Source: Candidatus Poriferihabitaceae bacterium
GTDB lineage: Bacteria; Pseudomonadota; Gammaproteobacteria; Arenicellales; Poriferihabitantaceae
Assembly: GCA_965213885.1 (NCBI GenBank)
Contig: OZ243919.1
Coordinates: forward strand, 1,372,692-1,436,691
Direction: 5' to 3'
DNA: 64,000 nt
Below the pieces are notes generated by a model that worked only from the letters and a program-made list of their open reading frames with translations, did not search any database and had not been told where the DNA came from. Numbering within the stretch: the first letter of the stretch is position 1; the number at the start of each line of letters is the position of its first letter. The translations under genes and the position numbers were made by a program. Below, piece by piece: positions 27,360 to 37,503 of this stretch.

Positions 27360-30107
27360 TCAGGTGACCGCCTCAATCCTCGCGGCACAGTACTTGAATT
27401 CCGGAATCTTGCCGAACGGATCGAGCGCGGGATTGGTCAGTGTGTTGGCCGCTGCTTCCGCGTAACAGAACGGGATGAACACCATCCCCTCCGGCACCGA
27501 TGAATCCGCCCTCACCTTCAGTTCAATCACGCCCCGACGGGTGGATACCCGGACCCTGTCACCGCCCCTGATCGACATCTTTTCCAGCAGTGCCGGAGAC
27601 AGTGTCGCTACGGCTTCCGGTTCGATCTGGTCGAGCACACGGGTCCGCCGGGTCATGGACCCCGTGTGCCAGTGTTCGAGTTGACGTCCGGTGGTCAGTA
27701 CCATGGGGAAATCCGCATCCGGCTGTTCGTCGGGTGGAATCAGGTTGGCGGGTACAAGCCTGCCCTTGCCACTGGGTGTTGGAAAACCGTCCCCGAACAC
27801 GATATCGTTACCCGGCAAGTCGGGGGCATCACAGGGATAGGTGACACCGCTCTCCCGCTCGAGCCGCTCCCAGGTAATGTTGTTCAGCGATGGCATCACG
27901 GTAGCCATTTCGGCGAATACTTCGGATGGGTGGCCGTAGCTCCAGTCGAGTCCGATCCGGCGCGCGATTTCCTGGATCAGCCACCAGTCCGGACGAGCAT
28001 CCCCGGGCAGTTCCAGGGCAGCACGACCGAGCTGCACCTGGCGGTTGGTATTGGTGACCGTACCGTCCTTTTCCGGCCATGCGGACGCCGGCAGGATGAC
28101 ATCCGCATAAAATGCCGTCTCAGTCAGGAACAGGTCCTGCACCACCAGGTGATCCAGCCTGGCCAGGGCCTCCCTGGCATGCTGTACATCGGGATCCGAC
28201 ATCGCCGGATTTTCCCCCATGATATACATACCGGTAATCTTCCCGGCATGGATTGCATCCATGATCTCGACCACGGTCAGTCCACGCTGGGGGTCCAGGC
28301 TTGTGCCCCAGGCATCCTCGAAGCGTGAGCGCAGATCCGGCACGTCTACCAGGTTGTAGTCCGGCAGCATCATTGGAATCAGTCCTGCATCCGAAGCCCC
28401 CTGGACGTTGTTTTGCCCACGCAGCGGATGCAGGCCCGTTCCGGGTCGGCCCACCTGGCCGGTAACCAGTGCCAGGGCGATCAGGCAGCGGGAATTGTCC
28501 GTGCCGTGGATATGCTGCGAAATGCCCATCCCCCAGAAGATGATGGCAGCCTTCGCGGTGGCGTACTTGCGCGCCACGGTACGAAGTGTCCGGGCGTCGA
28601 TGCCGCAAATGGGTGCCATGGCCTCGGGAGTGAAGGGGCCGATGTGCTTCTTCAGGTTTTCGTATCCTTCCGTATGGCGGGCCACGTATTCCTCATTCAC
28701 CAGTCCTTCCGTGATGATCACGTTCAGCATCGCGTTCAGCATGGATACGTCCGCTCCGGGCTTGAACTGCAGCATGTGTGTGGCATGACGCTTCAGGGCG
28801 GTTCCGCGCGGGTCCATGACGATCAGGTCGCCGCGCTTGGCGGCCTGCTTGAAGAAGGTCGCTGCCACGGGATGGTTCTCCACCGGGTTGGCCCCGATGA
28901 CGATGACGCAATCGCTTTCGTTCACCGCGTTGAAGGGAGCGGAAACCGCCCCGGATCCCACTCCTTCGAGCAATGCGGCCACCGATGAGGCATGACAAAG
29001 CCGTGTGCAGTGGTCGACGTTGTTGGTGCCGAAGCCCGTTCGCACCAGTTTCTGGAACAGGTAGGCTTCCTCGTTGGAACCCTTGGCGGAACCGAATCCG
29101 GCCAGGGCACCGCCCCCCCTTTCCTCGCGAATCCTGTTCAGGCCGCCCCCGGCCAGGTCAAGGGCCTCCTTCCAGGTGGCCTCGCGGAAATGGGTCCAGG
29201 GATTGGCAGGGTCCAGGTCCAGGTCACCGTGCTTGGCGGCCCCCTCCTTGCGGATCAGCGGTACGGTCAGGCGATGGGGGTGCTGCACGTAATCGAAACC
29301 GAAACGGCCCTTGACGCACAGCCGGTTTGCGTTAGCAGGCCCGTCGCGGCCGTCCACTGCCACAATCTTGTTGTCCCGGATCCGGTAGGTGAGTTGACAG
29401 CCCACGCCGCAATACGGGCAGACGCTGTGGACCTCGTCCATGTCGAGGTTCCGGTCCACTCCAGAGGCATCCACCAGGTTGGATTCCATCAGCGCCCCGG
29501 TGGGGCAGGCCTGCACGCATTCCCCGCAGGCAACGCAGGTACTCAGGCCCATGGGGTCGTCCTGATCGAACACGATCTTTGCCTGTGCGCCGCGGTTCGC
29601 CATGCCGATCACGTCATTGACCTGGACCTCGCGGCAGGCACGAACGCACAGATTGCATTGAATGCAGGCATCCAGGGCAACATGCATGGCGGGATGACTG
29701 GGATCCGGCGAGTGCGGGGCCCGGGGCTCAAGGCGGCTTTCGCCGACTTCCAGTCGGTCCGCCCATTGCCAGAAATGACTGTTGCGATCGTGCGCAATTT
29801 CCCTGGGTGGCTGATCCGCCACCAGCATCTCCATCACCATGCGCTGGGCGGTCCTGGCCCGATGGCTGTCCGTGACCACCTTCATTCCCTCGGCCGGCGT
29901 TCTGAGACAGGATGCCGCCAGCACCCGCTCACCCTCGATTTCCACCATGCAGGCGCGGCAATTCCCATCCGGCCGGTAGTCCGGCTTGGGGGAATAACAC
30001 AGATGGGGGACCTCCACGTCATGGCTCTTCGCTACCTGCCAGATGGTTTGGCCAGGTGCTGCCTCCACCTCCTCTCCGTTGATATAAAATTTAATTTTAT
30101 CTGACAT
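27360..30107 (-). CDS. fdsA: NAD-linked formate dehydrogenase alpha subunit (molybdopterin/tungstopterin, Fe-S rich; FdsA/Fdh1A type)
   Basis: 915 aa with an N-terminal 2Fe-2S plus 4Fe-4S cysteine ladder (CYSPKPDYRPDGNCRACMVE; CIQCNLCVRAC; CVACGECVQACP) followed by a MopB catalytic domain. There is no in-frame TGA, so it is the Cys type. Confidence 0.9.
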   Translation of the reverse strand: MSDKIKFYINGEEVEAAPGQTIWQVAKSHDVEVPHLCYSPKPDYRPDGNCRACMVEIEGERVLAASCLRTPAEGMKVVTDSHRARTAQRMVMEMLVADQPPREIAHDRNSHFWQWADRLEVGESRLEPRAPHSPDPSHPAMHVALDACIQCNLCVRACREVQVNDVIGMANRGAQAKIVFDQDDPMGLSTCVACGECVQACPTGALMESNLVDASGVDRNLDMDEVHSVCPYCGVGCQLTYRIRDNKIVAVDGRDGPANANRLCVKGRFGFDYVQHPHRLTVPLIRKEGAAKHGDLDLDPANPWTHFREATWKEALDLAGGGLNRIREERGGGALAGFGSAKGSNEEAYLFQKLVRTGFGTNNVDHCTRLCHASSVAALLEGVGSGAVSAPFNAVNESDCVIVIGANPVENHPVAATFFKQAAKRGDLIVMDPRGTALKRHATHMLQFKPGADVSMLNAMLNVIITEGLVNEEYVARHTEGYENLKKHIGPFTPEAMAPICGIDARTLRTVARKYATAKAAIIFWGMGISQHIHGTDNSRCLIALALVTGQVGRPGTGLHPLRGQNNVQGASDAGLIPMMLPDYNLVDVPDLRSRFEDAWGTSLDPQRGLTVVEIMDAIHAGKITGMYIMGENPAMSDPDVQHAREALARLDHLVVQDLFLTETAFYADVILPASAWPEKDGTVTNTNRQVQLGRAALELPGDARPDWWLIQEIARRIGLDWSYGHPSEVFAEMATVMPSLNNITWERLERESGVTYPCDAPDLPGNDIVFGDGFPTPSGKGRLVPANLIPPDEQPDADFPMVLTTGRQLEHWHTGSMTRRTRVLDQIEPEAVATLSPALLEKMSIRGGDRVRVSTRRGVIELKVRADSSVPEGMVFIPFCYAEAAANTLTNPALDPFGKIPEFKYCAARIEAVT

Positions 30108-31805
30108 TTAAAGATCCTCCTTAAAGTATTTAAGGACGCAATGTATCGGGTTGCCCGCGGCCTGACCGAGACCGCAGATGGAGGCGTCCGCCATCACGGT
30201 GCCGAGCTCCTCCAGCAGTCCGGTATCCCATGCGGGTTTTTCCATCAGCCTGACGGCCTTTTCCGTGCCGACCCGGCAAGGCGTACACTGGCCGCAGCTT
30301 TCATCCTCGAAGAAGCGCATGAGATTCAGGGCGACGTCCTTCATGTTGTCCTGGTCGCTGAAGATCACCACGGCGGCCGAACCGATGAAACAGTCGTATT
30401 CCTGCAGGGTGCCGAAATCCATCGGCACATCACCCAGGCTGGCCGGCAGAATTCCGCCCGATGCACCACCGGGGAGATAGCCCTTGAACGTGTGACCCTC
30501 CTGCATGCCGCCGCAGTGGTTCTCGATCAGTTCATTGACCGTGGTTCCGGCCGGGGCGAGCACCATGCCGGGCCTGTTGACACGCCCGGATACCGAGTAG
30601 GAGCGCCAACCCCTGCGGCCATGGGCGCCGGCACCGGAGAACCATTCCGCCCCCTTTTCGACGATGTCACGGACCCAGTAGAGCGTCTCGACATTGTTCA
30701 CCAGCGTCGGCCGCCCGAAGAGTCCCACTTCCGCCACGTAGGGCGGGCGGTTGCGGGGCAGCCCCCGCTTGCCCTCGATGGATTCGATCATGGAGGATTC
30801 CTCGCCGCAGATGTACGCCCCGGCCCCCCGCCGGACCTCGAATTCGACATGGTGTGCAAGACCTTCATCCCTCACCCTGTCCAACTCCTCACTGAGCAGC
30901 GCAACCGCAGCCGGATACTCGTCACGGATGTAGACGAAACACTTTTCCGCACCCACCACCCAGGCGGCGATGAGCATGCCCTCGATAAAACGATGGGGGT
31001 CGGACTCCAGGTACACACGATCCTTGAACGTTCCCGGTTCGCCCTCGTCACCGTTCACCGCCATCAGGCGCGGTCCGGGATATTCCCGGACGATGCTCCA
31101 TTTGCGTCCAGTGGGAAACCCGGCACCGCCAAGCCCCGCGAGAGAGGACTGGTTCAGCGTGTCGATGATCTCCTGCGGGTCGCGTTCGCCCGACAGGCAG
31201 GACCTGAGCAGCGCATAGCCGCCATCGGCCTGGTAGGCCGCCAGGTTCCGGTAGTCGGGCTGCCTGGGGTGAAGGTCGCGCTCCTCGGCCGCCCGCAGGA
31301 GTCCTGCACTGTCGGCGCATGCAATGTGGTTGTGGCCCACCTCGGCCACGGGTGCGGTATCACATCGCCCCATGCAGGGGGCCCGCAACACCCGGACATC
31401 GTCTCCTGCATTCCGTTTCAGTTCCTCAATCAGCTGTTCCGCACCGGCCAACTGGCAGGAGATGCTGTCGCAGACACGGATGGTGACCTCCGGCGGAGGT
31501 GCCTCACCTTCCGCGAGTACATCAAAATGGGCATAGAACGTCGCCACCTCGTAGACCTCGGCCTGGGCCAGCCCCATGTGGTCCGCAAGGGCGGCAATAT
31601 GCGCGGGACTGATGTGACCGAACCGGTCCTGGATACGGTGGAGGTACTCGATCAACAGGTCGCGTCGGGTATCGGTCCCGATCAGCGAACGAATTTCAAA
31701 AAGCACCACCGGGTCGACCTGGCGCCCCTTGGGCCGGCTTCGGGTTTTCTTCTTGCCGCTGCCGGGATGCCCGCGCAGCTGCGGTTCTCTTGGTACTACA
31801 CCCAT
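30108..31805 (-). CDS. fdsB: Formate dehydrogenase beta subunit, NuoE-like + NuoF-like fusion (FdsG-FdsB / Fdh1B type)
   Basis: 565 aa. The N-terminus is a thioredoxin-like 2Fe-2S module, followed by the NuoF FMN/NADH motifs (GLGGAGFPTGRKW, ESCGQCTPCR). Abuts fdsA with no gap. Confidence 0.85.
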   Translation of the reverse strand: MGVVPREPQLRGHPGSGKKKTRSRPKGRQVDPVVLFEIRSLIGTDTRRDLLIEYLHRIQDRFGHISPAHIAALADHMGLAQAEVYEVATFYAHFDVLAEGEAPPPEVTIRVCDSISCQLAGAEQLIEELKRNAGDDVRVLRAPCMGRCDTAPVAEVGHNHIACADSAGLLRAAEERDLHPRQPDYRNLAAYQADGGYALLRSCLSGERDPQEIIDTLNQSSLAGLGGAGFPTGRKWSIVREYPGPRLMAVNGDEGEPGTFKDRVYLESDPHRFIEGMLIAAWVVGAEKCFVYIRDEYPAAVALLSEELDRVRDEGLAHHVEFEVRRGAGAYICGEESSMIESIEGKRGLPRNRPPYVAEVGLFGRPTLVNNVETLYWVRDIVEKGAEWFSGAGAHGRRGWRSYSVSGRVNRPGMVLAPAGTTVNELIENHCGGMQEGHTFKGYLPGGASGGILPASLGDVPMDFGTLQEYDCFIGSAAVVIFSDQDNMKDVALNLMRFFEDESCGQCTPCRVGTEKAVRLMEKPAWDTGLLEELGTVMADASICGLGQAAGNPIHCVLKYFKEDL

Positions 31806-32023
31806 GAAGTGTTCCTGCGTGGTTGTGGCTCACGGAGCATCGCCACGGACACGGGACCAGGTCCGGGCTGATGCCATCCGTGAATTCTATGGTTGTTTAA
31901 TAACCCATCGTGGACGGACAAATGCGTCCGCCCACGCCATGATCTGTCGCCCTGCCGACTGACCCCGGGATCGCATGGCGGATGGTCGGGTGCCGGTTCC
32001 GTGCACCCGGCTGCCGGGGAAGA

Positions 32024-32899
32024 TCAGTTTCCGAGGGCCGCCTTCAGGGTCGTACCCAACGATGCCGGGGAGTCTGCAACTGCGATTCCGGCGGACTGCA
32101 GTGCTTCGATCTTGTCGCCTGCGCCGCCCTTTCCCCCGGCGATGATGGCGCCGGCATGCCCCATGCGGCGGCCCGGCGGTGCCGTCACCCCGGCGATGAA
32201 TCCGCACATGGGTTTCTTGATCTTGCTCTGGCGGATGAAATCCGCAGCCTCTTCCTCGGCAGTGCCCCCGATCTCCCCGATCATGATGATGGATTCCGTC
32301 TCTGGATCTCCCAGGAACAATTCGAGACAATCGATGAAGCTGGTTCCGTTGACGGGATCCCCGCCAATCCCTATGCAGGTGCTCTGGCCCATGCCCGCGG
32401 CCGTGGTTTGGGCCACCGCCTCATAGGTCAGCGTACCTGAGCGGGACACGATCCCGACACTGCCCTTCTGATGGATATGACCCGGCATGATTCCGATCTT
32501 GCATTCATCCGGAGTAATGACGCCGGGGCAGTTCGGGCCCACCAACCGGCTGTCCGATCCCTGCAGCATGCGTTTCACCCGGACCATGTCCAGCACCGGG
32601 ACACCCTCGGTGATACAGACGATCAGGGGGATTTCCGCATCGATGGACTCCATGATCGCATCCGCGGCAAATGGCGGGGGAACGTAGATCACCGATGCGG
32701 TTGCACCGGTCTGCTCCACCGCATCCCGGACCGTGTCGAAAACGGGCAGGCCCAGATGGTTCTGGCCCCCCTTGCCCGGCGTGACTCCACCCACCATGCG
32801 GGTTCCGTAGGCGACCGCCTGCTCGCTGTGAAACGTGGCGGTGGAACCGGTGAATCCCTGGCAGATGACTCGGGTGTCCTTGTTGACCAGAACGGACAT
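32024..32899 (-). CDS. sucD: Succinyl-CoA synthetase alpha subunit
   Basis: [19 protein letters not shown]..., [10 protein letters not shown], and the catalytic His in RMGHAGAII. The start at 32899 overlaps the sucC TAA (TAATG), so the track start at 33097 is too early. Confidence 0.95.
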   Translation of the reverse strand: MSVLVNKDTRVICQGFTGSTATFHSEQAVAYGTRMVGGVTPGKGGQNHLGLPVFDTVRDAVEQTGATASVIYVPPPFAADAIMESIDAEIPLIVCITEGVPVLDMVRVKRMLQGSDSRLVGPNCPGVITPDECKIGIMPGHIHQKGSVGIVSRSGTLTYEAVAQTTAAGMGQSTCIGIGGDPVNGTSFIDCLELFLGDPETESIIMIGEIGGTAEEEAADFIRQSKIKKPMCGFIAGVTAPPGRRMGHAGAIIAGGKGGAGDKIEALQSAGIAVADSPASLGTTLKAALGN

Positions 32900-34068
32900 T
32901 ATGCGGCCTCCTTCACTGCCTTGACGGCTTTTTCTGCAGCATCCGCAAGGTTGTCGGCGGAAAGAATGGGCAACCCGGAATCCTCCAGTATCTTCTTTCC
33001 CTTCTCCACGTTGGTACCCTCGAGTCGCACCACCAGGGGCCGGTCCAGGGAAACCTCCCTGGCTGCCGTGACAATGCCCTCCGCGATCACGTCGCAACGC
33101 ATGATCCCGCCGAAGATGTTCACCAGGATGCCCCTGACATTTTCATCCGCGAGGATGATCTTGAATGCCACGGTGACCTTTTCCGCGGTGGCGCCGCCGC
33201 CCACGTCGAGAAAGTTCGCCGGCGAACTGCCGTACAGCTGGATAATGTCCATGGTGGCCATGGCGAGTCCGGCGCCGTTCACCATGCAGCCGATGGACCC
33301 GTCCAGCTTGATGTAGCTGAGGTCGTGCTTGCTGGCCTCGATCTCCGCCGGATCCTCCTCGTCCTCGTCCCGGAGCGCCATCACGTTCGGATGGCGATAC
33401 AGTGCGTTGCTGTCGAAATTCATCTTGGCATCCAGTGCGATCAGGCTGCCATCCCCCTGGACGACCAGTGGGTTGATTTCCACCATGCTGGCATCCAGAT
33501 CCACGAATGAGCGGTACATCGCGGCCAGGAAATTCACCGCGGACCGTACCTGATCTCCCTCGAGTCCAAGACCGAAGGCCAGACGCCGGGCGTGAAACGG
33601 CTGCAGGCCGGTAGCGGGATCGATCACCACGGTGATGATCTTTTCGGGCGTATTCTCCGCCACCTCCTCGATATCCATGCCTCCCTCCGTGGAGGCAATG
33701 ATGGTGACGCGGCTGGTGGCGCGGTCGATGAGCAATCCGAGATAGAGTTCACTGGCAATATCGCAGCCTTCCTCGATGTACAGCCGCTTGACCACCTTTC
33801 CTTCCGCGCCGGTCTGATGGGTGACCAGGGTCATGCCCAGCATATTGCCGGCAGCCTCGCGCACCTTTTCGATGGAATCCACTACCTTGACACCGCCGGC
33901 CTTGCCGCGGCCGCCGGCATGAATCTGCGCCTTGACCACCCAGACCGGACCGCCCAGTTCACGGGCTGCGCTCTCGGCATCATCGACGCTGAACGCCGGT
34001 TTTCCCCTGGGCACTGTAACTCCGCAATCACCAAGCAACTGCTTGGCCTGGTACTCATGGATGTTCAT
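32899..34068 (-). CDS. sucC: Succinyl-CoA synthetase beta subunit
   Basis: 389 aa. [12 protein letters not shown]..., [18 protein letters not shown] and an ATP-grasp fold. Confidence 0.95.
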   Translation of the reverse strand: MNIHEYQAKQLLGDCGVTVPRGKPAFSVDDAESAARELGGPVWVVKAQIHAGGRGKAGGVKVVDSIEKVREAAGNMLGMTLVTHQTGAEGKVVKRLYIEEGCDIASELYLGLLIDRATSRVTIIASTEGGMDIEEVAENTPEKIITVVIDPATGLQPFHARRLAFGLGLEGDQVRSAVNFLAAMYRSFVDLDASMVEINPLVVQGDGSLIALDAKMNFDSNALYRHPNVMALRDEDEEDPAEIEASKHDLSYIKLDGSIGCMVNGAGLAMATMDIIQLYGSSPANFLDVGGGATAEKVTVAFKIILADENVRGILVNIFGGIMRCDVIAEGIVTAAREVSLDRPLVVRLEGTNVEKGKKILEDSGLPILSADNLADAAEKAVKAVKEAA

Positions 34069-34208
34069 GTTAGATTGCGAGTTGGATTTGGATCACTATG
34101 AGGAAATCAAGATTAAACCAGGCCGGAACAGCCGGATATCCGCATGATTGTTGTACACCAGCCGGTCACTTTCGGTGTATCTGATTGTGATTCATCATTC
34201 TTGTATAT

Positions 34209-34225
34209 TGTATACCATATACCAA
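34209..34225. promoter_or_regulatory. Operator-like motif copy A in the sucC / FAH divergent intergenic region
   Basis: + strand TGTATACCATATACCAA, which is the reverse complement of TTGGTATATGGTATACA. It is nearly identical to the sites at 51481-51496 and 54867-54885. Confidence 0.5.
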
Positions 34226-34375
34226 GAGTACCACCCTATCCGGGTCTACACAATGCCCCGGCACCGGTGCTATCTTCCGCTCTTGTCCGCCGGCACCGGT
34301 TGACCGGACATGGTCCGTCAGCATCTGCACGTGAACATGCTGCAATACCCTCAACGATAACCCTGATTTTACTGT

Positions 34376-35161
34376 ATGGCTACCTGGATCCGATTCGAAA
34401 ATTCTGGAAATACCGCATTCGGTCTGCTTGAGCAGGCCTCCATCCGTGTGCACGAGGGGGACATGTTCGGACCCACGCAGGCCACCGGCGAGGTCGTGGC
34501 GCTCAGCGATGTCACTATCCTGACGCCCTGCGTTCCAGGCAAGATGCTGGCTCTGTGGAACAATTTCCATGCCACCATGGAAAAGACCGGTCTGCCGAAG
34601 CCCGGACATCCCTGGTACTTCGTCAAGACCCCGAATACCTATGCCCCCGCCGGCGCTGTGATCCGAAGACCCGACGCCTGCGGCGGCAAGGTGCTGTTCG
34701 AGGGAGAACTCGGCATTGTCATCGGCCGGGACTGCCACAATGTTTCGGTCGGGGATGCCGATGAATACATATTCGGCTATACCTGTATCAACGATGTGAC
34801 CGCGCTTGAGCATCTTTTCAGTGAGCAGAAGTTTGCCCACTGGACCAGGGCCAAGTGCTTTGACGGGTTCGGTGTGTTCGGGCCCGGCATCACCTGCGGC
34901 GTCAATCCGGATGAACTGGTCGTCATGACATACCTGGAAGGCGAAGGCGAAGTCCAGGAGCGGCAGAATTACCCTGTCAGCGACATGATCTACGGACCGC
35001 GGGAAATCGTGAGCCGCATCTCCCATGACATGACGCTGAATCCGGGAGACATCATCGCCTGCGGCACATCCGTGGGAGCCGGCGCCCTGAAGGACGGCTG
35101 GACCGTGCGCATCCTCATTGAAGGTGTCGGGGAACTTGTCAACCGCTATGACGGACGCTGA
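34376..35161 (+). CDS. Fumarylacetoacetate hydrolase (FAH) family protein
   Basis: 261 aa. GELGIVIGRDCHNVSVGDADEYIFGYTCINDVTA and the metal-binding acidic residues are typical of FAH/HpcE-like enzymes. Confidence 0.85.
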   Translation: MATWIRFENSGNTAFGLLEQASIRVHEGDMFGPTQATGEVVALSDVTILTPCVPGKMLALWNNFHATMEKTGLPKPGHPWYFVKTPNTYAPAGAVIRRPDACGGKVLFEGELGIVIGRDCHNVSVGDADEYIFGYTCINDVTALEHLFSEQKFAHWTRAKCFDGFGVFGPGITCGVNPDELVVMTYLEGEGEVQERQNYPVSDMIYGPREIVSRISHDMTLNPGDIIACGTSVGAGALKDGWTVRILIEGVGELVNRYDGR

Positions 35162-35538
35162 TGGGCCTGCTTTCGGAACGGGCAGCCGGGCTGGTCGCCG
35201 GCCGGCTGGTCTTGAACTTCGCGGCCATGGCCTTCCTGGGGGTCACCCTGTTCCTGACCTGGCAGGGCAATGCCTGGTCTTTGCTGTTCACCCTGCGGGG
35301 ACTCGCGTATCTGCTGTGCGGATTGGCCATCACCGGCGGTATCATTGGTGCACTACCGGCCCACCTGCACGGAAAGCTGGTCCGATGGATGCTGGCCCGG
35401 GGCGATGGCGACCCCGGCCCCCGGGAAGCGGCCATGATCCGCTGGACAGGAACCTTCGTGCTGTTGTGTCAGCTGCTGCTGGTTTACTATCTGACCCTGT
35501 GGTCCTACGACCGTTGGGTACTCCCTGCACCGGGATGA
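35161..35538 (+). CDS. Hypothetical small membrane protein (about 3 TM)
   Basis: The ATG overlaps the FAH TGA (TGATG), suggesting translational coupling. It has three hydrophobic segments. I recognise no family. Confidence 0.5.
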   Translation: MGLLSERAAGLVAGRLVLNFAAMAFLGVTLFLTWQGNAWSLLFTLRGLAYLLCGLAITGGIIGALPAHLHGKLVRWMLARGDGDPGPREAAMIRWTGTFVLLCQLLLVYYLTLWSYDRWVLPAPG

Positions 35539-37284
35539 TCAGTCATCGTTCCCCGTGAGGCGTTCGGTGTCCGGATAAACGCTGACAACCGGCACCTTCC
35601 CCGTCTGCAGGTCCCGCTGGATGGACTCCCAGTAATCCACCGTCAGCAGCATGGGGTGCTCGGCCTCGAAATGACGCCGCAGTTCCCGATAGGGCAGGCA
35701 CAGCCCTGCAACCAGTTCCTCCGGCAAGAATACCACCCCGTCCTCGAAATACCAGTCGGGGATATCCTCCTCACCATCGATGCGATCGGTATTGGTGCGG
35801 ATCTTGACGTCAGTAAGATCCTCCAGGGCATCGTAGTCGTACAGGTACACCTTCAGATAGGAGGTGACACCATAGTTGCGTGCATCCAGATCCCGGTTGA
35901 ATATGTTTCCCGCGGCATTGTTCTTGATGCAGTATCCAAGATTGACCATCGCTGTCTCTGCCTGCTTTGGCGTGGCGTTCTCCAGGTAAACCGGCAACGG
36001 TGTCAGGCGGCGCTGCACGATGAGATAACGGAAAACCAGTGCATCGCCATCCAGGTATACGCTTTCTCTGGCGTATTCCAGCAGCTGATCCAGCAACTCC
36101 CCAGCAAACCAGGAAACATTCAGCCGGAGGTTATAGAAGATGATGGCATCAAGCATGCTGTCGGTTCGATTGATCTCGTGTACCCTGGTGTACTTTCTGA
36201 GCACCGACGGAACCCCGTCAAACCTGCCCCACTTGTAACCGCCGGTCGGCTTGTCCCGCACGACCTTGAGCACATAGGCCGAATCCGGCATGCAGAACCC
36301 GATTGCCACAGTGCCGGGTTTTCCTGGAGCCACGTCCATGGGGCGACCGCCCGACTCGAACTCCGCCTCCAGTTCGTTCATCACCGCCACCTTCCCGAGA
36401 TGATTGTATCCCACGGTGGAATAATGCAGCCCCAGGGGACGCATGGGCATGATACTGCGCAGGAAACGACACAGTTCATGATAGTAGAAACTGGTGACAT
36501 GAAAGTTCGCCAGTGTGGAACTGAACATGTTGTGCGCATAGGTGGCACTGTTGATGAGCGCATCCACGTAGAGTCCCTTGTCGCCATTCAATAATGCGAT
36601 GATGAAGGGGCGATACCGCTCATGGTCGAATGTCGTACGGCCCACCATGTAGGCACCACGGTTGCGATAAAACCCCGCCGGGAACATTTCGATTACCATG
36701 GGGGTGTCCCGCAGGCGCGACTCGAGGCCGAGGTTGCGGTACGCCCGGGTCACGATCCGCCGGGCATCGCGGTCCATGTCCTCATAGGGCACTTCGAACG
36801 CCTCCATGGCAAGGACCTCCTTCACGGTCTGCACGGTCAGCCTGTTCCGGATCTCGTACCGTACAAGCTGGTCGGCCATCACCTCGTCGGTTTCGTATTT
36901 GCTGCGATAGCTGGCGTAATCGTTGACCCGCCACTCCCCCTGGTAGATCTTGCGCCTGATGGAATGCAGGTAGGCCATCGCCAGATCCGCTGCATACTCC
37001 CCTTCCACCGCTTCGAGATATCGCTTCTCCACCATTTCCCAGGAGGACTCGTCACCAGCCAGTACCGGGTACTCCCGCTTGATGCGGTCGCTGAAGTCAC
37101 GGATGCTGATACTGTAGAGCTGCAGCCGACGACTGCTCAGCCGCAGGGAACTGGCATGATCACGCCTTTCAAAGGCCTTCCTCGAGAGTTCCGGTATTTC
37201 CTTGAACTGCCGGTAAAAATCACGGAATTCGCCCAGTACCAGATCGGACACGATGTTCCATTGCGTGCCGGTATGGTCATCCAT
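35539..37284 (-). CDS. aceK: Isocitrate dehydrogenase kinase/phosphatase
   Basis: 581 aa, with the length and overall sequence typical of AceK (..FKEIPELSRKAFERRDH.., ..NIFNRDLDARNYGVT..). Divergent from aceA. Confidence 0.92.
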   Translation of the reverse strand: MDDHTGTQWNIVSDLVLGEFRDFYRQFKEIPELSRKAFERRDHASSLRLSSRRLQLYSISIRDFSDRIKREYPVLAGDESSWEMVEKRYLEAVEGEYAADLAMAYLHSIRRKIYQGEWRVNDYASYRSKYETDEVMADQLVRYEIRNRLTVQTVKEVLAMEAFEVPYEDMDRDARRIVTRAYRNLGLESRLRDTPMVIEMFPAGFYRNRGAYMVGRTTFDHERYRPFIIALLNGDKGLYVDALINSATYAHNMFSSTLANFHVTSFYYHELCRFLRSIMPMRPLGLHYSTVGYNHLGKVAVMNELEAEFESGGRPMDVAPGKPGTVAIGFCMPDSAYVLKVVRDKPTGGYKWGRFDGVPSVLRKYTRVHEINRTDSMLDAIIFYNLRLNVSWFAGELLDQLLEYARESVYLDGDALVFRYLIVQRRLTPLPVYLENATPKQAETAMVNLGYCIKNNAAGNIFNRDLDARNYGVTSYLKVYLYDYDALEDLTDVKIRTNTDRIDGEEDIPDWYFEDGVVFLPEELVAGLCLPYRELRRHFEAEHPMLLTVDYWESIQRDLQTGKVPVVSVYPDTERLTGNDD

Positions 37285-37376
37285 GGGAAGGGATCGTGCC
37301 GTGCGTCGTCATCATCGGTCTGTACTGTGCTGTGGTTAATCTGGCACCGAGCCATGCCATTTTATTATATTAATTA

Positions 37377-37405
37377 TTGAAATTAACTATAATTTGAAAT
37401 TTCAA
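37377..37405. promoter_or_regulatory. AT-rich aceK/aceA control region: TTGAAATT direct repeat and perfect palindrome TTGAAATTTCAA
   Basis: TTGAAATT at 37377-37384 and again within the 12-bp perfect palindrome at 37394-37405. It resembles the GAAAT..ATTTC core of IclR-type boxes. Confidence 0.35.
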
Positions 37406-37503
37406 GAATTGACATTAAAACAATTGGTTTATTGCAGTCTTGTCCCCTGCGGGCTGATTCCGGATGATTGAATTGACCGATTGTACCTTTGAGGAAACAG
37501 GCG

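Noticed and set aside
28992-31871. Two long + strand ORFs (370 and 576 aa)
   Set aside because: They are antisense to the formate dehydrogenase alpha and beta genes, which carry unmistakable Fe-S and NuoF motifs.
34166-35026. 286-aa - strand ORF
   Set aside because: It is antisense to the FAH-family gene, and its 3' part runs through the intergenic operator region. It has no motifs.
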